A DNA stretch of 57,995 nucleotides from Octopus bimaculoides (taxonomy: Eukaryota), in NCBI RefSeq assembly GCF_001194135.2, contig NC_068999.1:11400974-11458968 (forward strand). Direction: 5' to 3'. The notes under the pieces were generated by a model. It was not told the origin of the DNA. It saw only the letters and a program-made list of their open reading frames with translations, and did no database searches. Each line of letters opens with the position of its first letter. The first letter of the stretch is position 1. The translations under genes were made by a program, and so were the position numbers. This document shows positions 53,416 to 57,995 of this stretch, piece after piece.

Positions 53416-53609
53416 CTGGGATGCCCCCAATCCCACCCACACACACGTTTATGGTGGAATATAACTGAGAAATAAGAACATAAATCATTACTGCTATGAC
53501 TTCAGTTAGAGTACAAACTCATCGGAGAAACGTAGAGTAATCTACTTCCAAGCTTCCTCAAAATCCAAAAGAAAACTTAAATCCTTTAGGTAGGATTTGA
53601 ACACATGTA

Positions 53610-53686
53610 ATGAACCAAAAGAACTCTGAAAATGATGGAAGTATTTCAGTAAATGCTTCTGCAATCCAGTGTACTTTCACAACATG
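53610..53686 (+). CDS. Weak candidate ATG-containing exon
   Basis: Acceptor cctttag at 53588-53589, ATG at 53610, MNQKNSENDGSISVNASAIQCTFTT-W, strong donor ATG|GTAAGA at 53687. No homology recognised. Confidence 0.25.
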
Positions 53687-54042
53687 GTAAGAAAAATACT
53701 TTACGAAATCTTTTATAATCTCAAACAATATAAAACAATATACGAGCAATTCAAAATGATTAGCGCATGTTTTACTTCAATAAGAAATGAAATATTTCTC
53801 CAGGATATATTATAAACTGCATAGGTAATCATATGAATGTTCTTCCTTAGAAATATTTTCAATATGATATATTGTTGGGAATGGATCGTTATATTTACAT
53901 AGTTAAATTTCAAAACGTTTGTTCGTATATACCTGCATTTGAATGTTTCTACATCAGACCGTCAGTTCAAATATCTAATTATTTTTCCAGACTTATTTTC
54001 TTTCCCCTTCTTTCTCCACCCGTGTGCGAGTATTTGTTTGTC

Positions 54043-54073
<31 letters not shown>

Positions 54074-54343
54074 GTTTAGGAATATATATGCTTTGGAATA
54101 TGTGTGTGAATGAAAGTTAGTCTATATGAATCAATACCTGAATGCATAGCAATTAGTTCAATTGATGGTGAATATATGAATTTTATATGATTAATCAAAA
54201 GGATAATAACCGATTACATTTATCAGCAATAATGTTTAGTAAATTTATTCCATAACAATATGAAAATAATAAGTTGGCATGCGCGGTTTATATTCCTTAT
54301 TTGTTTCTCATACTGCATTAATATGTAAAGATATGTTTACGGA

Positions 54344-55019
54344 TCTTTTTATCTTCGACATGTTTCAGCCATTAAACGGTGACTATGTAAGCGCATCACC
54401 TTGATGAGATTTAGTCGAACGAATCTATTCCGGGACGTTTATTTATTTTTATTTTTTTTAAAGCCCGGAACTTATATTAACCGATTGCTTTGCCGAACCG
54501 CAATGTTTCACTGATGTAAACAAACCAGCAACTGCAACTAAAGGATGGTGAGAGACACACACTAACACAAAGACACACACGTACGGATAAACTAGCACAC
54601 ACACACAAACACAGGTACACAAGTACTCACATGCACACATGCGCTTAAAGATGCATATATGTATATATATACATACATATACAAATATATATATATATAC
54701 ATACATATAAATACATACATATAAATGCATACATATATATATAATATACATACATAAATATATATACATACATATATATACTTATATATATATATACATA
54801 TATACATGCATACATACATATGTGTATATATATATATGTGTGTGTGTGTGTATGGATGTATATACACACGAAAGATTCTTTCAGTTTTCGTCTACTAAAT
54901 CAACTTAGAAGGATTTAGTCGGCCAAAGGCTACAGTAGAAGACACCTTCCCGAGATGTCATGCAGTTTGATCGAACCCAGACGCATGTGGTAGGGAAATA
55001 AGCTTGCTGCCTGACACAG
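54344..55019 (-). mobile_element. SINE family B, diverged, internal microsatellite expanded to ~310 bp
   Basis: The two modules (54344-54555 and 54870-55019) match other B copies; the spacer is CA/TA repeat. Confidence 0.8.
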
Positions 55020-55559
55020 ACATACGTACACATATGTTTATGTGCGTCTGTATATGTATGTACATACAGACATACATATAGTTATATATGTACATATATA
55101 TATCTATGTATACATATATNNNNNNNNNNNNNNNNNNNNNNNNNNNNNNNNNNNNNNNNNNNNNNNNNNNNNNNNNNNNNNNNNNNNNNNNNNNNNNNNN
55201 NNNNNNNNNNNNNNNNNNNNNNNNNNNNNNNNNNNNNNNNNNNNNNNNNNNNNNNNNNNNNNNNNNNNNNNNNNNNNNNNNNNNNNNNNNNNNNNNNNNN
55301 NNNNNNNNNNNNNNNNNNNNNNNNNNNNNNNNNNNNNNNNNNNNNNNNNNNNNNNNNNNNNNNNNNNNNNNNNNNNNNNNNNNNNNNNNNNNNNNNNNNN
55401 NNNNNNNNNNNNNNNNNNNNNNNNNNNNNNNNNNNNNNNNNNNNNNNNNNNNNNAATAAGTCTGTGGCTGTGAGCAGAACCAAACTTCACAACACACTCA
55501 CACATCACATATGCCGGCATGTGTATTGATTTATATCCTTATATGTATATAAATATATT

Positions 55560-56010
55560 TGTTTTGCAAGATTTTTGATGTGAAATCGTGTGTTGAAACA
55601 GATGTTGTTGTATTTGGGGATGGCCATATTGCCAGTTTAGCCAAGAAAAGCACACGCACTGTATATTTGGTGTGAATTTGCTCTCCTTCCTTTTTCCCTT
55701 TCGTCGAGGAGGTCTCCACCTCCTCGACTGCCTCCATCTGTCTCTCCAAAGTAGGAGGGGGCATTAATTTTATTAACTGCTCGAGGACTCTACTTTGGTC
55801 CTGGGGGGACAGGTCTTTTTAATATGGCCCGGTTCCAGGCACAGGTGACACTTAGGTGGGGGCGTCCATCAAGTAACACTGGGTACCTGCAACTGGCAAT
55901 TAAAAAAAAAGGAAATACCAGATCTTTAGCGGTTGATTGGGTCCATAGGTTCGAAACCGCTTTTAACCGCACTCAATCAGCTCCTCCCCGCCGGCAAAAA
56001 TTTCACATTT
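55560..56010 (-). mobile_element. Non-LTR retrotransposon ORF1 remnant with CCHC zinc knuckle
   Basis: Minus strand ...AKDLVFPFFLIASCRYPVLLDGRP, then a frameshift, then KCHLCLEPGHIKKTCP. C-x2-C-x4-H-x4-C lies at 55809-55850. Block is GC-rich. Confidence 0.7.
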
Positions 56011-56039
56011 AAAAGCTTGGGCCCGCTGCCACTCAGACC

Positions 56040-56100
56040 TCGGCAGATAGTGTCCTCTATCCAACCGGTAAGCACGCTACTTACCATACAGCCACCCGTG
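56040..56100 (-). mobile_element. Family B-type tRNA head fragment
   Basis: Minus strand gggtggctgtatggtaagtagcgtgc matches ggagtggctgtgtggtaagtagtttgc at 18039. Confidence 0.65.
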
Positions 56101-56396
56101 CTCCAATATATGTGCATTTATATATTCTTACAATAACACACATACATAAACACACACAGACATATATAAACGTACACACACATATGCACACGTTTAGTTC
56201 TGACTACTAGAGTTCTAAACACCAATTTAGAGGTTATTATATTCAATTTTATTTTGGCGAAATCAGTGTTCTGCTCACCTGGTTGGGTTACGGCGTTGCC
56301 TAAAGACCCTTTGTACTAGCAGGGGAAGTTCAGAGTAGCAAGCGACTGACTCGACCAATATGGGTATATACACGCACAAACGTATATGTCTGTGTA

Positions 56397-56428
<32 letters not shown>

Positions 56429-57795
56429 TGTGTGTGTGTATGCCTATACGTACGTATATAAGTACAGTTTCTTGTATACTAGTTTTGCTTCTGACGAAAC
56501 GGGGCGAACTTAAAATACTTTGTAGGTTACATTGTGCATCTCCCAGATAGAATCTCATGACTCAATGAACAAGCGTGCCTATAATTTACAACATACATGC
56601 GTGTATATATGTGCATATGTAGTTATGTATAATTATATATACATATATTTACTTCTTCATCCATGTGTGTACGTATATATGTATGCATGTACGTACTTAT
56701 GTATCTATCTATGTATGTATGTATTGATGGTAGTATATATATATATGTATGTAAACCGCTGTTCATACATTTTATGCAATTACACTTCGCTGCAAATAAA
56801 TAGGTGTAGGAAACAACTATAGACGAAAGAAGATTTTAAAATTAAGATAGTTTTATGTTTTTTAATCAACCATTTATTGACAATAAAAAAAAAGCAGAAA
56901 TCACTTGTATAAAGCGTCTATTTCTACATATTCCGTGTATGGCACACGTAAATACACACGCACACACTTGAACATATAATATAACATTATATTATATATA
57001 CATATATGCACGTACGTATATACATATATATATACATATTTATTTATATATATATGTACATATATACATATATATATATATATGTATATATANNNNNNNN
57101 NNNNNNNNNNNNNNNNNNNNNNNNNNNNNNNNNNNNNNNNNNNNNNNNNNNNNNNNNNNNNNNNNNNNNNNNNNNNNNNNNNNNNNNNNNNNNNNNNNNN
57201 NNNNNNNNNNNNNNNNNNNNNNNNNNNNNNNNNNNNNNNNNNNNNNNNNNNTATATATACAAATATATACACATGTAAATATATGTGTATATTCACTATA
57301 TGTCTTGTTTATTAATAGCCTGAGGCAAACAGCGTAGACCGCATAGTCAGACAACGTTACTGCTACGATGTGGGTGTTTAGCATTCATTATTGCTGTCAT
57401 AATGTATCAATAAGTATTTGACTATCAAAAAGTTAAATTTTGAAATTATAAAAGAAAATATTCCTGGGGATTTTTTTCTATACCCCAATCAGTAATTGAA
57501 ACAATCGATAATTGAGTATACAAAAGAACAAGGATTGTTTTAAGAATTAGTGACAGACATGATGATGCAAAAAAAATAAAAATAAGAATAATACAATGTG
57601 TATATCATATAGATTGTGTATGTGCAGATGAATGTGTTGGTAGGTGGACGAGTTTGTGCTCAATATATAACATTGGCGTGTGATTATGTGTATGCTTAAA
57701 AAAAATCGAAATGTTTAAATTGCCGAATTGCCAGCAGTAATTTCAATAAGAGATGTAATTGTGTGCCATAGTCTAAATTGGAAACCAATATCAAC

Positions 57796-57839
<44 letters not shown>

Positions 57840-57995
57840 GAATATATACTGTCAAACACGCACAGACACACGCGAGCTTATGTTTACGGAGGAAGTTTGA
57901 GAGGTTCCGAGACAGGGAGAGTACTGGAGACGTATATAGTTTTACCCATATGTATGAAGTCATATGCTCAATCACACGCATATATATGTATATAT

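Noticed and set aside
56488-56515. CTGACGA...CGAAC as a hammerhead
   Set aside because: No stem II, GAAC instead of GAAA, and poor stem I.

Overview
Strongly AT-rich animal genomic DNA from a gapped short-read assembly (15 N-gaps, about 6.9 kb). The microsatellite load and the tRNA-derived SINEs resemble an octopus (coleoid cephalopod) genome; this is inference from recall, not a database search. No protein-coding gene can be called with confidence. Nearly all ORFs in the track are microsatellite or gap artefacts, so the window is probably a long intron or intergenic region. Supported content: about 20 SINE copies from at least three families (my labels A, B, C/D); decayed DNA transposons (Tc1 N-terminus, DD37D/maT-like 3' end, a fold-back mariner); decayed non-LTR elements (R4/Dong-like RT and RLE endonuclease, a CCHC ORF1 fragment); and a Penelope-like end with a hammerhead-like motif. 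I found no convincing new biological system. The best leads are the fold-back mariner, a long diverged inverted repeat at 40.5-42.3 kb, SINEs inserted at the head of their own family, a stem-loop shared by two SINE families, swapped SINE tails, the hammerhead relic, and a few weak exon or promoter candidates.
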